64,000 bases of DNA from positions 1,696,001 to 1,760,000 of the forward strand of contig OY970368.1 of NCBI GenBank assembly GCA_963718615.1. Reading direction: 5' to 3'. Both the position numbers and the translations under genes were made by a program. Every line of letters starts with the position of its first letter. Position 1 is the stretch's first letter. The notes under the pieces are model-generated. The model searched no databases, had not been told where the DNA came from, and saw only the letters and a list, made by a program, of their open reading frames with translations. The DNA is from an uncultured cyanobacterium (GTDB taxonomy: Bacteria; Cyanobacteriota; Cyanobacteriia; PCC-9006; JAAUQQ01). This document shows, one piece after another, positions 38,467 through 49,430 of this stretch.

Positions 38467-39123
38467 ATGATTCAATCCATCCCCGCTACCGAAATCACCC
38501 TACGCACCCTCAAGCAAGCCTTAAATCTCCAGGCTGCCACTGACCCTCAGTTTTTTGCTGAATGGCAAGATGACATTGCCCCAGTCACCGAGATGGAGCA
38601 GGCCTATCTCGATCGGGTGAAAGCTAACTTTTTGGACTTACTCGAAGATCCGCCCGTCCTTGAGAACAGCGTCAAACTGGTGATTTTAGCCCCATTACTA
38701 GACCTCGCGGGTTTCTATCGTCGTCCCTTCCGGATTACCACAGAAACCAGTATTGAAATCGAACTAGAAGATGAAGGCATCGTCATTCGAGGCCGCATTG
38801 ACGTCTTGGTGATTAACGAATTGCTTTGGCTCGTTGTGATTGAATCCAAACGCAGTGACTTTGCCACAACCCGTGCCCTTGCCCAAACCCTGACCTATAT
38901 GCTCAGTAACCCTGAGCGAGAACGATCCACCTTTGGTTTAATCACTAATGGTACTGAGTTTCTCTTTCTCAAAGCTAGTCGTAAGCCAACAGTTCAATAT
39001 GCTACATCTAAACTATTTTCTCTATTCAATCCTGGCAATGAACTGTATCAAATTCTCTCAATTCTCAAACATCTAGCAAAACCCTTGTCTTCAAACTCAA
39101 GGACTCCTCAAACTGAGCGCTAA
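38467..39123 (+). CDS. HsdR_N-like restriction-endonuclease-fold (PD-(D/E)xK) protein
   Basis: RGRIDVLV...VIESKR, LAQTLTYM and GLITNGTEFLF. Confidence 0.8.
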   Translation: MIQSIPATEITLRTLKQALNLQAATDPQFFAEWQDDIAPVTEMEQAYLDRVKANFLDLLEDPPVLENSVKLVILAPLLDLAGFYRRPFRITTETSIEIELEDEGIVIRGRIDVLVINELLWLVVIESKRSDFATTRALAQTLTYMLSNPERERSTFGLITNGTEFLFLKASRKPTVQYATSKLFSLFNPGNELYQILSILKHLAKPLSSNSRTPQTER

Positions 39124-39965
39124 TCCAAATTAGCCAACCGAGGATACTGCAACTGGTGCCGTCGAAAGGCGAGCTTTGCCCTAGTGGTCAAATCAGTTTT
39201 ATACAGAAACTCATCACGAGCATCAATCGGATAGCTCTTGAGCTTAAACAAGCTTCCCCAGGTTTGCTCCTCCAAAATCACCACAATTGGCAACTTGATT
39301 TGGGTGTACTTACTGGTATAAGCTACGCGATATAAAATATTTTGAACCAGTTGGGGATCTGCTTCATGGGCCAAATAGAAAGGGGTAACGACCTGTGCCT
39401 CTAGATCCCCAGAATTAGCATTAGAAATCGCCTCGGTCCAGATCTTATTGTGAGGAAGTGTGACCACATTATCAGAAGGTGTTCGCAGTCTTAATCCCCT
39501 TAGTCCATAGGTAATGACCTCACCGTAATGGTTGTCGATGGTGATGCGATCGCCAATGCGATAGGGAGCCTCAAATAGGCCCAAAACTCCTGCAATCACG
39601 GAGCTAACATAATCCTTGAAAGCAAATCCCAGCGCGACCGCGACTGTTCCCGTGACGGCTAAAACATTCTTCTGGGAAAGATTGAGCAGCAGATTCATTA
39701 ACATAATAATGGCGCTGCCCAAAATCAGCATACGCAAAAAGGGGAGCGACTGCTTAACTCGTAACCGCTGTTCCTTCGCTACCCGTTCCGAAATCCAAAG
39801 GATGAGATGATCAATCCAATTAAGAAAAATATAGGCCAAGAGCAAAATTAAAATTGCCTGCGCGATCTTCCATGTTGTAATTTCTGTAATCAGACGTCGG
39901 GCTTGGTCTGCGGTGTTATTCGTAGGGGTTTGGGCCACTAAAGAAAACCAAATGAGATAGAGCAT
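39120..39965 (-). CDS. mscS: Small-conductance mechanosensitive channel family protein
   Basis: Three TMs; ALGFAFKDYVSSVIAG, PYRIGDRI...YGEV..YGLR and VTLPHN. Confidence 0.85.
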   Translation of the reverse strand: MLYLIWFSLVAQTPTNNTADQARRLITEITTWKIAQAILILLLAYIFLNWIDHLILWISERVAKEQRLRVKQSLPFLRMLILGSAIIMLMNLLLNLSQKNVLAVTGTVAVALGFAFKDYVSSVIAGVLGLFEAPYRIGDRITIDNHYGEVITYGLRGLRLRTPSDNVVTLPHNKIWTEAISNANSGDLEAQVVTPFYLAHEADPQLVQNILYRVAYTSKYTQIKLPIVVILEEQTWGSLFKLKSYPIDARDEFLYKTDLTTRAKLAFRRHQLQYPRLANLD

Positions 39966-40027
39966 AGAAATTCAATCCAAGTCATTCACGTAAACAAATC
40001 TAAGCAAAACAAGTCTAAGCAAAAAAA

Positions 40028-41203
40028 CTAAATCAAAAAGTTATTGCCCGCCAAAGTTCGCCTAAGTTGAGGATAATAAAGCGGATTAATTTGCAGCAAT
40101 TTTTGCTGCTCAATCACTCCAGCCCGCCGCAAAACCGTGACTCGGCTTTGCACTAAGCTTTGGGATTCGCCTAAACTGTCGGCCAGATGGGCGATCGTCA
40201 AACTACCGTGGAGGAGTAGCGAATAGAGTAGGTAATAGTCCGCCGTTGTCAACTCGGGAAGGGAGGGTAACGTCGGGAACTGGGTTTCCAGTCGACCTCC
40301 TTTAGATTCATCGTCTGAATAGGCTAGAGAATGCAGAAAAAGCTGAATAGCAACGGTGCTCAATCCCTCGGAGCGATCGGCCAAAATTCGAAAGTACTCA
40401 GTCTCTAAATCCAGTTGCTCTGTATTGAGCTGCGATCGCAATGAAGTCGAGTTAAATTTTAAGATTTTCCTGATCGCGGCATCATGCACTAGAGGCCGCA
40501 ACCAATCTTGGAGCTGCTGACCGTTTAGTCTCGGCAATTCTAGGGGCTCATCGCAATAGGCTTGTAGCTGACAGACCGTCTCTAAGTATTTCCAGCTCAA
40601 AGAATCAATGCCAATAATCCAAAATCGGGACGGATCATTCCACAACACGTCTCGCAGATAATCGATGCCATCTAAACCTTCCAGCTCTCGTAAAAAACAC
40701 CAGCTTAAATTGGGAATCATTACAATCTCTTTTGCTGTATCGTAGGTCGTTTTTGTCAAACCTCGACCCAACTGTTGTTGCAGTTTTGTAGCGATCGTCT
40801 TTGCTTCGGGTCGGTCGACCCAGTCCAGTAGACGAATGGGGATTTCTAAGGATTGCAGCCTTTGTGCTAAGCTCTCCGTTAAAATTCGTGAAACTGCTGT
40901 AATCGGACTGCTTAGAATGACAAAAACATTGTCCCATTGTTGATGTGTGGCCTGGGCAGACTCGCTAATCCTGCTCCATTTCTCTAGGGCAGCGGTTACG
41001 GCAGACTGAATGGCTGCTTGCTCGTCCGGATGACTTGGCAGCCCTAAAACCAGTTCTTCCAGCGTATAGCGAACATCCGGCGGCAACTGCCGCAGTGAGG
41101 GTTCCGGCTCCTGACTTTCTACGGGATCCGTCGAGAGCCACTGCATCAAAGACGGATGATTTTGAGCAAGCCAGGTTTGAAACGTATTAATTAATGGAGC
41201 CAT
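40028..41203 (-). CDS. Hypothetical protein with a degenerate NTPase-like core and C-terminal winged helix, upstream of mscS
   Basis: 391-aa ORF; LLLHGSLTIAHLADSLGES...LRRAGVIE winged-helix-like end. Confidence 0.6.
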   Translation of the reverse strand: MAPLINTFQTWLAQNHPSLMQWLSTDPVESQEPEPSLRQLPPDVRYTLEELVLGLPSHPDEQAAIQSAVTAALEKWSRISESAQATHQQWDNVFVILSSPITAVSRILTESLAQRLQSLEIPIRLLDWVDRPEAKTIATKLQQQLGRGLTKTTYDTAKEIVMIPNLSWCFLRELEGLDGIDYLRDVLWNDPSRFWIIGIDSLSWKYLETVCQLQAYCDEPLELPRLNGQQLQDWLRPLVHDAAIRKILKFNSTSLRSQLNTEQLDLETEYFRILADRSEGLSTVAIQLFLHSLAYSDDESKGGRLETQFPTLPSLPELTTADYYLLYSLLLHGSLTIAHLADSLGESQSLVQSRVTVLRRAGVIEQQKLLQINPLYYPQLRRTLAGNNFLI

Positions 41204-41314
41204 AGGTTTTGGGCGATCGCCCTATCCAGCATAGCGATAAATCCGTACTCTTTCTATCGGCAAACCTTACCTAGATTTTGTGAACAGGTTTCGACAATGG
41301 AGGAATTAGGGGGA

Positions 41315-42553
41315 TTATGACCAAAGGCGCTGCTGGGGTTGATAGTTTGGAAAAACTTGAGTAAGTTGCCGATCTGATAGTCTCATTCGTGTTTCTAAAA
41401 CGCGAATCAATACATCTCGGAAGTCAGTAGTGACCGGCAAATCCCGTCCTTCATGGAGTTGTAATTTGTCTAGGCCCTGCCAATTTCCATAGACTTTTTT
41501 GCCGGGTAGCTTGCCGCCCAACAGGAGCATGACGTTGCCATGGCCGTGGTCTGTTCCACCATTGCCGTTTTCCTGAAGCGTTCGCCCAAATTCAGACATC
41601 ACCACAATGGTTGTGGACTCAAATTGATGGCCTAATCCAGTTTTTAAAGCAACCAGCCCCTGACCCAACTGATTCAAATTGCGGGCCAATAGGCCTTGGC
41701 TTGCCCCTTGATTGACATGAGTATCCCAACCACCTAAATCCAAAAAAGCTAGCTGTACCCGTCCATCGTTTGCCATCACCCGAGCCAAACGTTGGGCATC
41801 TTGAACAAAGCCTTTGGGCAAAGGAGCGCCATTATTGGCTGCGGTCATTTCGCGCTGGGTTGCCGATTGCAATGCCTGTCGGGCAGCTTGGGCCTCTTGA
41901 TACACTGAGCCAAGTTTTTGGTCGTGCAGATAAAGACGGTCAAAGGCCTGCGCAATTGGCGGGCGATCAAGGGCTAAAACCTTCTCTGCGGCCCGTCCTG
42001 CCGCTAAGGAGGCAACGGGGGCAGGACCAGCAAGAATTCTAGGCATAGCATTGCCGACATTCAGGGCTTGAATGGGATTACTGGCTTGGCTGAAGGTTCT
42101 CAAGAGGCGATTCATCCAGCCATCCGCCGTTCGTTTGCTCCCCGGTGTCCCGCTTTCCATGTCATTTTGGGCATCGAAATGCGATCGCGTCGTTTCCATC
42201 AATCCGCAGTTTTGCACCAAGGCCAACTGTTGCTGTTGCCACAGGGGTAGTAGCATGGCGAGCTGGGGATGGAGGGCGAATTGAGGATTGAGGGCGATCG
42301 CCCCCTCTGATTGCCCTTCTGATTGCCCAGGACGAGGAATGGCAATGCTGGGTCTTGCTTCATAGTAAGCTTTTTCTTGATAAGGTACCAGTACATTTAA
42401 ACCATCTACCGCCCCCCGCAAAAAAATGACAATTAGGCGATGCTCTGGCGTTGACGCGGCATGGGAACGAGCTATCCAGCTATGACACCCCAAAGTCGTT
42501 CCGGCAGCAGCAGCAAAGGGACCTAGCCCTCGTAAAAACTGACGACGTTGCAT
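41315..42553 (-). CDS. DUF1501 protein with Tat signal
   Basis: QRRQFLRG; FLRGAVDGL, RSHFDAQ, GGWDTH, SEFGRT and GTDHG. Confidence 0.92.
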   Translation of the reverse strand: MQRRQFLRGLGPFAAAAGTTLGCHSWIARSHAASTPEHRLIVIFLRGAVDGLNVLVPYQEKAYYEARPSIAIPRPGQSEGQSEGAIALNPQFALHPQLAMLLPLWQQQQLALVQNCGLMETTRSHFDAQNDMESGTPGSKRTADGWMNRLLRTFSQASNPIQALNVGNAMPRILAGPAPVASLAAGRAAEKVLALDRPPIAQAFDRLYLHDQKLGSVYQEAQAARQALQSATQREMTAANNGAPLPKGFVQDAQRLARVMANDGRVQLAFLDLGGWDTHVNQGASQGLLARNLNQLGQGLVALKTGLGHQFESTTIVVMSEFGRTLQENGNGGTDHGHGNVMLLLGGKLPGKKVYGNWQGLDKLQLHEGRDLPVTTDFRDVLIRVLETRMRLSDRQLTQVFPNYQPQQRLWS

Positions 42554-42556
42554 GAT

Positions 42557-44014
42557 TTATCTCCACATCATTTCAGGACTACCGAGGATGAGCGCAGCGC
42601 GCAAATGGGGCGGCGCACTTTGAATGGCGGTTTGGCTCTGGGGAGAAAGTACAGAACTGAATTGCTGAAGCAACCTTTCTGAACCAGCTTTAGGGGGCTG
42701 TTGTCGCATCAAAACCGTAACGAAATCTAGGCGACGGGCCAAGCCATCGGGATTCAGCCAAGCCCTTTGGGTATTGGCATAGCCATCGGGGGTCGGGCAG
42801 CCATAGATAGGCATTCCCAATTGTCGAAGCGTATTTTGCAGCAATTTGAAATTCTGAGGATCCGTTTCTGACTGTCTGAGCGTAGCGAGCACGAATTGAT
42901 AGGGGGTTTTGAATTTGCTCCATCGATATGGGGTGTCCCAAAAGACCGGATCGTGAAACAGGGTATTGAGAACGGCGCGAATATCTCCCTGGCTGGATTG
43001 AAAGGTTTGCGTGAGGCGATCGACCAAGGGTTGAGGGGGCTGATCGGCGACAAAGTACTGCGCCAGTTTGTAACTAATATGCCGAGCAGTCGCAGGATGC
43101 TGGGCCAAAATATCTAAGGCTTGTTCGACTTCGGCTTGACCAGAACCTTTGAGGGTTTGACCCAGCAACACCTTATTGCTAAAGTCATGCCGCTGAGGGA
43201 CAAACTTAAAATTGGTTTGCTGTTGACTTGGATCTGCATTCATTTGCAGACTCCACCCCGTCAAAATCTGCGCCAGCGCCATCACATCGCTTTGCTGATA
43301 GCCCCCCTCAACACCCAGGGTATGGAGCTCCATGAGTTCCCGAGCATAGTTCTCATTGAGTCCCTTAAACTGGCCTTTTGCTCCTGCACTTTTAGGATCT
43401 GTATTACGCCAATTATCTAAATAAAATAGCATTGCTGGATGTCGAGCAGTTGCCCCAAGCAGCTCACGAAAATGGCCTAGGGCATAGGGGCGAATGGCCT
43501 CCCACTCATAGGACCCAACCCAAACCTTGGTGCGATCTTTACCAGAATAAACATTGAAATGATTAAACCAAAAAGCCACCATCACTTCCTGGAGTTGATC
43601 GGGGCTTTTTAGGGCACTTTGGATTCTGGCTTCGGTGGCTTCTTCGAGCACTTTTCGGGCAAATGCCTGGTTCGGTTTAACGGGTTTTTCCTGCCCCTGT
43701 TTTAAGGGAGGACGAAACTGTTGGTTGAGCTGAACGGAATTCAGCTTGAGGGTTTGAAACTCCGCGAGTTGCTTACGGAGCTGAGGCGATTTGACACCCC
43801 CCGATGGATTGAGTTGTTGTTCGAGATAGCGATCGATGCCAATCGTTTGAACCTGCTGAATCTCGCTGGCGGTTGGGCCAAAGCTAATGCGGTTGAGCAG
43901 ATGAATCGCATCTTCGAGGGAACTGGGAGCGGCGATCGCCCTCCCCCCAAAACTGCCCCAAAGCAGAAGCAACAGCCCCAAAGTCCGCCCCAGTCGAGTC
44001 CAAAACTTATCCAT
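42557..44014 (-). CDS. DUF1800 protein
   Basis: HLLNRISFGP, FWFNHF, YLDN and NENYARELMELHTLG. Confidence 0.92.
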   Translation of the reverse strand: MDKFWTRLGRTLGLLLLLWGSFGGRAIAAPSSLEDAIHLLNRISFGPTASEIQQVQTIGIDRYLEQQLNPSGGVKSPQLRKQLAEFQTLKLNSVQLNQQFRPPLKQGQEKPVKPNQAFARKVLEEATEARIQSALKSPDQLQEVMVAFWFNHFNVYSGKDRTKVWVGSYEWEAIRPYALGHFRELLGATARHPAMLFYLDNWRNTDPKSAGAKGQFKGLNENYARELMELHTLGVEGGYQQSDVMALAQILTGWSLQMNADPSQQQTNFKFVPQRHDFSNKVLLGQTLKGSGQAEVEQALDILAQHPATARHISYKLAQYFVADQPPQPLVDRLTQTFQSSQGDIRAVLNTLFHDPVFWDTPYRWSKFKTPYQFVLATLRQSETDPQNFKLLQNTLRQLGMPIYGCPTPDGYANTQRAWLNPDGLARRLDFVTVLMRQQPPKAGSERLLQQFSSVLSPQSQTAIQSAPPHLRAALILGSPEMMWR

Positions 44015-44226
44015 GGTTTTCAGGGTTAGGCGTCGTAGCCTCGATCAAGATAACCTCGATCAAGATAACAATGGCAAGATGCGGCTTTAGGCAATGACTC
44101 TAGGATTATTATAGAAGCCCTGCAAGCGGTGTGGTGGGTCGAACACTGATACTTTTTGTCATAATTCATACAATCTTCCAGGGATTGTGTTAGACCTCGT
44201 ACAGCTTTTCAATCGGGCAGAAAACC

Positions 44227-45090
44227 ATGTCTCTCGGAACTGTGATCGTGGGTGGGGCGATCGCCCTCAGTATCGCTAGCGCTGGGCTCAAACTGGATCG
44301 CGAGTACCAGCGAGGCGTGATTTTCCGCTTGGGCCGCAGCAAGGCCGTGCGGGGGCCGGGGCTCTATTGGGTGGTACCTTGGGTGGATCAAAAAGTACAG
44401 GTAGATATTCGGACCCGGACAGTGAGCATTGAGCCCCAGGAAACGGTTACTGCCGACAGCGTCACCATCAAAGTCAATGCGGTGCTGTACTATCGCATTT
44501 TAGACCCCAATAAAGCCATTAATCGAGTCGAAGATTATAAATTAGCGGTGTATCAGGCGGCAATGACCACCTTGCGCAATGTGGTGGGGCAAAATCCCTT
44601 GGATGATGTGCTGCAAAATCGCGATCGCATCAATCACAAAGTCCAGGAAATTGTCGATGAAATCACCGAACCTTGGGGCATTGTCATCGAGCGGGTTGAA
44701 ATGAAGGACGTGGAAATTCCCCTGGGCATGCAGCGGGCCATGGCCAAGGAGGCAGAAGCTTTGCGGGAAAAACGCGCCCGTGTGATTAAAGCCGCAGCGG
44801 AACAAGAAGCCTCCATTAAACTCGCGGAAGCCTCCCAGAATATCAGCGCCAATCCCATCGCCCTAGAGCTGCGGCGTCTGCAAATGTTGACGGAGGTGGG
44901 CGCGGAAAACAACACGATGACGGTGGTGATGATTCCCTCAGAATTGGTCAGTATGGCGGGGAAATTGGGCAGTTTACAGCAAACGATGCAGCCATATAAT
45001 CCAGCTCCGATCGAAATTCCCACGGTTCTTCCCAATCCGTCGTCCTCCTCATCGACCGTCGATACGACCCACTTGGACCACAACCTCTAG
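44227..45090 (+). CDS. SPFH/band-7 (slipin, stomatin-like) protein
   Basis: YQRGVIFRLG, GPGL, TTLRNVVG, VEMKDV and QRAMAKEAEA. Confidence 0.92.
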   Translation: MSLGTVIVGGAIALSIASAGLKLDREYQRGVIFRLGRSKAVRGPGLYWVVPWVDQKVQVDIRTRTVSIEPQETVTADSVTIKVNAVLYYRILDPNKAINRVEDYKLAVYQAAMTTLRNVVGQNPLDDVLQNRDRINHKVQEIVDEITEPWGIVIERVEMKDVEIPLGMQRAMAKEAEALREKRARVIKAAAEQEASIKLAEASQNISANPIALELRRLQMLTEVGAENNTMTVVMIPSELVSMAGKLGSLQQTMQPYNPAPIEIPTVLPNPSSSSSTVDTTHLDHNL

Positions 45091-45999
45091 GGGTTCGTCA
45101 CCTAGCCCCGTATAACGGGCACGGATGCGACTGTTTGGTTGTACTGGCACGAGAGGAGTCATTGTGCCGAGAGAAAGCAGATCCCCTGGTTTGAGCTGGA
45201 TTCCAGCAGCACGCAAGTCATCTCGCAACCAGCGCACAGCCTCCAGCGGATGTCCCAGCAAAGCGTTGCTTTCGCCGCTAGCCAGCACAGTCCCCTGGGT
45301 GTCGAGTATGTCTAGGTGAATCTGGCCTAGGCGTGCTTCCCAGTCTGGGGTGGGTTCTAGGGCGATCGCCTCCCCCATCACCCCTAGCCGTGCCCCCGCA
45401 TTAATCGCCACCAATGCTGGAGCCCTAAGTCCCTTGGCATTGCCATAGACCCGATCCGGCAGCTCGATAAACGGAATCACTGCATCCAATGCCGCCAAGA
45501 TTTCGGCTCGGCTGGACGCAGTATTAATCGCCTCACTGCCCACCCGCACCATTAAATCCCCTTCGCTCAAGGGAAATGTCCCAAAGTTAGGATCGACGGT
45601 TGCCCCGGAGGGCAACAGCATTTGTTGCAGCAACATGCCCCGCAAGGGGTGTTGAACTTGAAACTGAGCTTGGGCCTTGGGATTGGTTAGGGCCGCTTTA
45701 TAGCCAACGATCGGCCCCATTTGGGGCTGTAAGGCTTGAATAAAAAGGGTACGAATCTGCTGGGCCTGCCTCAGCGTCAGGCTACCGGGAGGCGACAAGG
45801 CAGGCTGCTTTTGTCGATAATTGCTAACGAGTGCAGTGGCCAGGTGAACCCAATAGGGAGTGTGTTGAATGCGGGGGGTAGGGAGTGGGAAGGCTGTGGG
45901 CGGAATGGGGGACTGGGCCAGCGAGGGTGAAGCGAATCCTAGCCCTATGCCCCACAAGAGACTGGTCCAAGTTTTAGTAAAGTGATGACGGCGAACCAT
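45049..45999 (-). CDS. 2-keto-4-pentenoate hydratase / FAH-family protein with an N-terminal signal
   Basis: VGYKAALTN, PFIELPD, LGHPLEAVRWL and LKPGDLLSLGT. Confidence 0.85.
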   Translation of the reverse strand: MVRRHHFTKTWTSLLWGIGLGFASPSLAQSPIPPTAFPLPTPRIQHTPYWVHLATALVSNYRQKQPALSPPGSLTLRQAQQIRTLFIQALQPQMGPIVGYKAALTNPKAQAQFQVQHPLRGMLLQQMLLPSGATVDPNFGTFPLSEGDLMVRVGSEAINTASSRAEILAALDAVIPFIELPDRVYGNAKGLRAPALVAINAGARLGVMGEAIALEPTPDWEARLGQIHLDILDTQGTVLASGESNALLGHPLEAVRWLRDDLRAAGIQLKPGDLLSLGTMTPLVPVQPNSRIRARYTGLGDEPLEVVVQVGRIDGR

Positions 46000-46027
46000 G
46001 GGAGCCTCTCTTTAATCTGAAATCTGA

Positions 46028-46627
46028 TTAATCTGAATCCTGATTTTGTAATAAGCCCTTTAGTTGTTGCTGCAAAACAGTCTGCTCTTGACTCAGCTCG
46101 TCGAGACGACAGAGAATTGCTTTCACTTGGGCGTCCGGTGTCAAATCGCTGAGATTGAGGCTACTGCTGGAGCGGTTGCTAAACAGTCGACCGGGCGGGA
46201 GTTGGAATAGCTTCTGGGTAGGAGGGCTGAGCCGCCGAGCCAGCCAGCGCACGGGCCAGCCCAAAATCATGAGCCAAGTCTTGGGGCTGAGCAAAAACTG
46301 AATCGCGTTAATCGCCAAAACTACAACCACAATGATCATCAGCCCCGCAATTAAGGGATGCTGAATGGCCCAAGCCAGGGGCCAATGGACCTGGAGCCAT
46401 TGCTGAATAGGGTCCGAGAGTGCCGCTTGCAGTTGATGGGCGATCGCCTCATTCGTCGCCTTAATTGCCTGTATGCCCCGACTCAGGAAAGATTGCGATC
46501 GCGCGGTCCATTGCTGCAACTGAGACCAGAAACTGCCAAGGTCAAGGGCGAGCGGCATGGCAACAGCCTTGAAAAACTCCAGCGCTAGTTTAACCCGCTT
46601 CCCCTGCATAAGCAGACCGAAGCTCAC
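46028..46627 (-). CDS. Hypothetical membrane protein (start uncertain)
   Basis: HPLIAGLMIIVVVVLAINAIQFLL TM segment; coiled-coil C-terminus. Confidence 0.6.
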   Translation of the reverse strand: MSFGLLMQGKRVKLALEFFKAVAMPLALDLGSFWSQLQQWTARSQSFLSRGIQAIKATNEAIAHQLQAALSDPIQQWLQVHWPLAWAIQHPLIAGLMIIVVVVLAINAIQFLLSPKTWLMILGWPVRWLARRLSPPTQKLFQLPPGRLFSNRSSSSLNLSDLTPDAQVKAILCRLDELSQEQTVLQQQLKGLLQNQDSD

Positions 46628-46710
46628 CGAAATAATCCTTGTGGCTCCTGTAGATTCCTATAGCGAACGGCCCTCGTTCATTCCACCTCCCACTTATCCA
46701 GGTTTGAATC

Positions 46711-47430
46711 ATGGCTCCTTTTCTAACGCGATCGCCCCTCCTTTTCTCCCTAGCCTTGAGCACCGTTTTCGCCTACGGCAGCGCACCGGCCCAAGCCCGT
46801 CCCCAGGCAGATGGCCTCGGCTTAGTGGATCCCGCTGGTCAAGCTGCCTTGGTGGGGATTGGCCCTGGGTTAGAGCGGGGAGACTACACCTACTATGCCC
46901 ATGCCCTGGGTCGCAAAACGGTGGGGACGATTGAACTGAGCACGATTGAAAATAAGCTGGCGTCTGGTCGGTTTGAAGAACACAGTTTGGAGGGTCGCGA
47001 AGGCTGCAAAGGCCGATTTTCACTCCGACTCACGAGCCCCCGCAGCACCCGTGCCCAGGACATGCGGTTCAATGGCTTTTGGCAAATTGAAGGGGCTGTT
47101 TCAGGCTCAACCTGTTCTAAGGTGGGTCAGTCCTATACGCTCCAGGACATGCGCTGGGATCGCTTGCCCCAGTCGGTGGTGGCCAGCGCGACGGCGATTA
47201 GCCGTGGAACACTGACGGCTCAGGTGGAAAGTAGCCGGATTGGGTTGCGCACCCAGGCGAGTTTGGGGTCGGATACCCATCACTATGGGAAAGTGGGCGA
47301 TCGCCTCCAGATGATCAGCAGCACCTTTGGCCAAGATGGCTATCTGTGGTACCAAGTTAAACTCTCTTCCAGCGGAGCTCAAGGCTGGGTACGAGGGGAT
47401 TTGGTTAGCCCTGATTTTGCAGGCTTTTGA
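46711..47430 (+). CDS. Exported protein with a C-terminal SH3b domain
   Basis: Signal peptide ending AQA; IGLRTQAS...GDR...WYQVK...GWVRGDLV. Confidence 0.75.
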   Translation: MAPFLTRSPLLFSLALSTVFAYGSAPAQARPQADGLGLVDPAGQAALVGIGPGLERGDYTYYAHALGRKTVGTIELSTIENKLASGRFEEHSLEGREGCKGRFSLRLTSPRSTRAQDMRFNGFWQIEGAVSGSTCSKVGQSYTLQDMRWDRLPQSVVASATAISRGTLTAQVESSRIGLRTQASLGSDTHHYGKVGDRLQMISSTFGQDGYLWYQVKLSSSGAQGWVRGDLVSPDFAGF

Positions 47431-47624
47431 CAATTAAGGTGAACGCCAAAATTATGACAGTTCTGGGATAGCGTCATGGGTTTAGGGGAGGCGATCGCTA
47501 TGGAGTAGCTCCCTAATCTTTCACCCAGCCCTAATTTCTCACCTCAGTCGTTCCATCGTATTGCAAATGCTAATCTAGAAAACGCCTAAAACACCACTAG
47601 CCCCCACAAGCAAAGGACCGGCCC

Positions 47625-49430
47625 ATGCGACTGTCTCAGATGCTCCTCGTTACCCTGCGCGAAGACCCCGCAGAGGCCGAAATCCCCAGCCACAAGCTGC
47701 TGCTGCGGGCGGGCTATATTCGCCGCATTGCCAGCGGTATCTACGCCTATCTGCCGCTGATGCAGCGCGTCTTGCAAAAGGTCTCCCAGATCGTCCGCGA
47801 AGAAATGAACGCCACCGGGGCGCTGGAATGCCTCTTGCCCCAGCTTCAGCCCGCCGAACTCTGGCAGGAATCGGGCCGCTGGGACATGTACACCAAGGCC
47901 GAGGGCATTATGTTCACCCTCACCGATCGCCAAACCCGCGACCTTGGCCTCGGCCCCACCCACGAAGAAATCATCACCGCTGTCGCCCGCGACCTGATCC
48001 GTTCCTATCGCCAACTGCCGGTCAATCTCTATCAAATTCAAACCAAATTTCGCGATGAAATTCGCCCTCGATTTGGCCTGATGCGTGGGCGCGAGTTCAT
48101 CATGAAAGATGCCTACTCATTCCACGCCAGCGAAGCAAGCCTGCGGGACACCTACGCCGACATGGACCAAGCCTATCGCAACATGTTCCGGCGTTGTGGG
48201 CTCAACTTTCAGGCCGTGCAGGCGGATTCTGGGGCCATTGGCGGGTCGGCTTCCCAGGAATTCATGATCCTTGCCGACGCCGGAGAAGACGAAATCCTCT
48301 ACACCGACGACGATCAATACGCTGCCAACGTGGAAAAGGCGATGTCGCTGCCCGAAGCTGCGGTTCCGTCTGGGTTCAAAGCCTACCAAAAGATCGAAAC
48401 GCCCAATACCCCAACGATCGCCTCCCTCGCCGAATTCCTCGATTGTTCCCCCACCCAAATTGTCAAAAATGTTCTCTATCAAGCCGTCTACGACAACGGC
48501 AAAACGGTTTTAGTGCTGGTTAGCATTCGCGGCGATCAAGACGTGAACGAAGTCAAAATCACCAACGAACTCACTCGCCAATCGACCCACTACGGCGCAA
48601 CCACACTCATTGCCCTAACGGTTCCCGATGCCGATGCTCAGCAAAAATGGGCGGCGAAACCGTTGCCTTTGGGCTATATTGCCCCGGACCTGGGCGATGA
48701 CTATATCGCGAAAAATAAGGACGTTGCCCCTCAATTTTTGCGCCTCATTGACCCCACCGCTGCCGAGCTGAAAAACTTTGTTACCGGCTCCAATGAAAGT
48801 GGTTTTCACACCGTTGGCGGCAACTGGGATAAAGAGTACAAATTGCCCAAAATTCAACTGGATTTGCGCACGGCAAAAGCGGGCGATCGCGCCCTCCACG
48901 ACCCCAGCCAAATCCTCAAAACCGCCCGAGGCATCGAAGCGGGTCACATCTTCCAATTGGGCCTCAAATATTCCCAGGCCATGAACGCCAGCTTCACCAC
49001 AGAATCCGGCGAATCCCAACCGATTTGGATGGGCTGCTATGGCGTCGGCGTTTCCCGCGTGGCCCAAGCCGCCGTGGAACAATCCCACGACGAAAACGGC
49101 ATTATCTGGCCCGTGGCGATCGCCCCCTACCACGCCATCGTTGTCGTTCCCAATATCAAAGACGAAGCAGCCTTTGCCGCTGGGGAAACGCTCTACCAGG
49201 AGATGAACGCCGCCGGCATCGAAACCCTCTTAGACGATCGGCCCGAGCGAGCGGGGGTGAAGTTTAAGGATGCAGAATTAATCGGTATTCCCTATCGGAT
49301 TGTCACCGGGCGATCGCTCAAGGACGGCAAAGTCGAAGTTGTCCAGCGGGCCAGTGGGGAGAAGCAGGAGATTGCTCTAGGGGAGGTCGTTGCGACGATT
49401 CAGTCCTGGATCGCGGCGGCGATCGCCTAG
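47625..49430 (+). CDS. proS: Proline--tRNA ligase
   Basis: [42 protein letters not shown] and [10 protein letters not shown]. Confidence 0.98.
   Translation: MRLSQMLLVTLREDPAEAEIPSHKLLLRAGYIRRIASGIYAYLPLMQRVLQKVSQIVREEMNATGALECLLPQLQPAELWQESGRWDMYTKAEGIMFTLTDRQTRDLGLGPTHEEIITAVARDLIRSYRQLPVNLYQIQTKFRDEIRPRFGLMRGREFIMKDAYSFHASEASLRDTYADMDQAYRNMFRRCGLNFQAVQADSGAIGGSASQEFMILADAGEDEILYTDDDQYAANVEKAMSLPEAAVPSGFKAYQKIETPNTPTIASLAEFLDCSPTQIVKNVLYQAVYDNGKTVLVLVSIRGDQDVNEVKITNELTRQSTHYGATTLIALTVPDADAQQKWAAKPLPLGYIAPDLGDDYIAKNKDVAPQFLRLIDPTAAELKNFVTGSNESGFHTVGGNWDKEYKLPKIQLDLRTAKAGDRALHDPSQILKTARGIEAGHIFQLGLKYSQAMNASFTTESGESQPIWMGCYGVGVSRVAQAAVEQSHDENGIIWPVAIAPYHAIVVVPNIKDEAAFAAGETLYQEMNAAGIETLLDDRPERAGVKFKDAELIGIPYRIVTGRSLKDGKVEVVQRASGEKQEIALGEVVATIQSWIAAAIA

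Noticed and set aside
38467-39123. Type I restriction-modification system
   Set aside because: Only a stand-alone HsdR_N-like domain is present; there is no helicase, hsdM or hsdS.
44158-44171. GTC-N8-TAC NtcA-like site before the SPFH gene
   Set aside because: It mismatches the consensus and has no correctly spaced -10 element.
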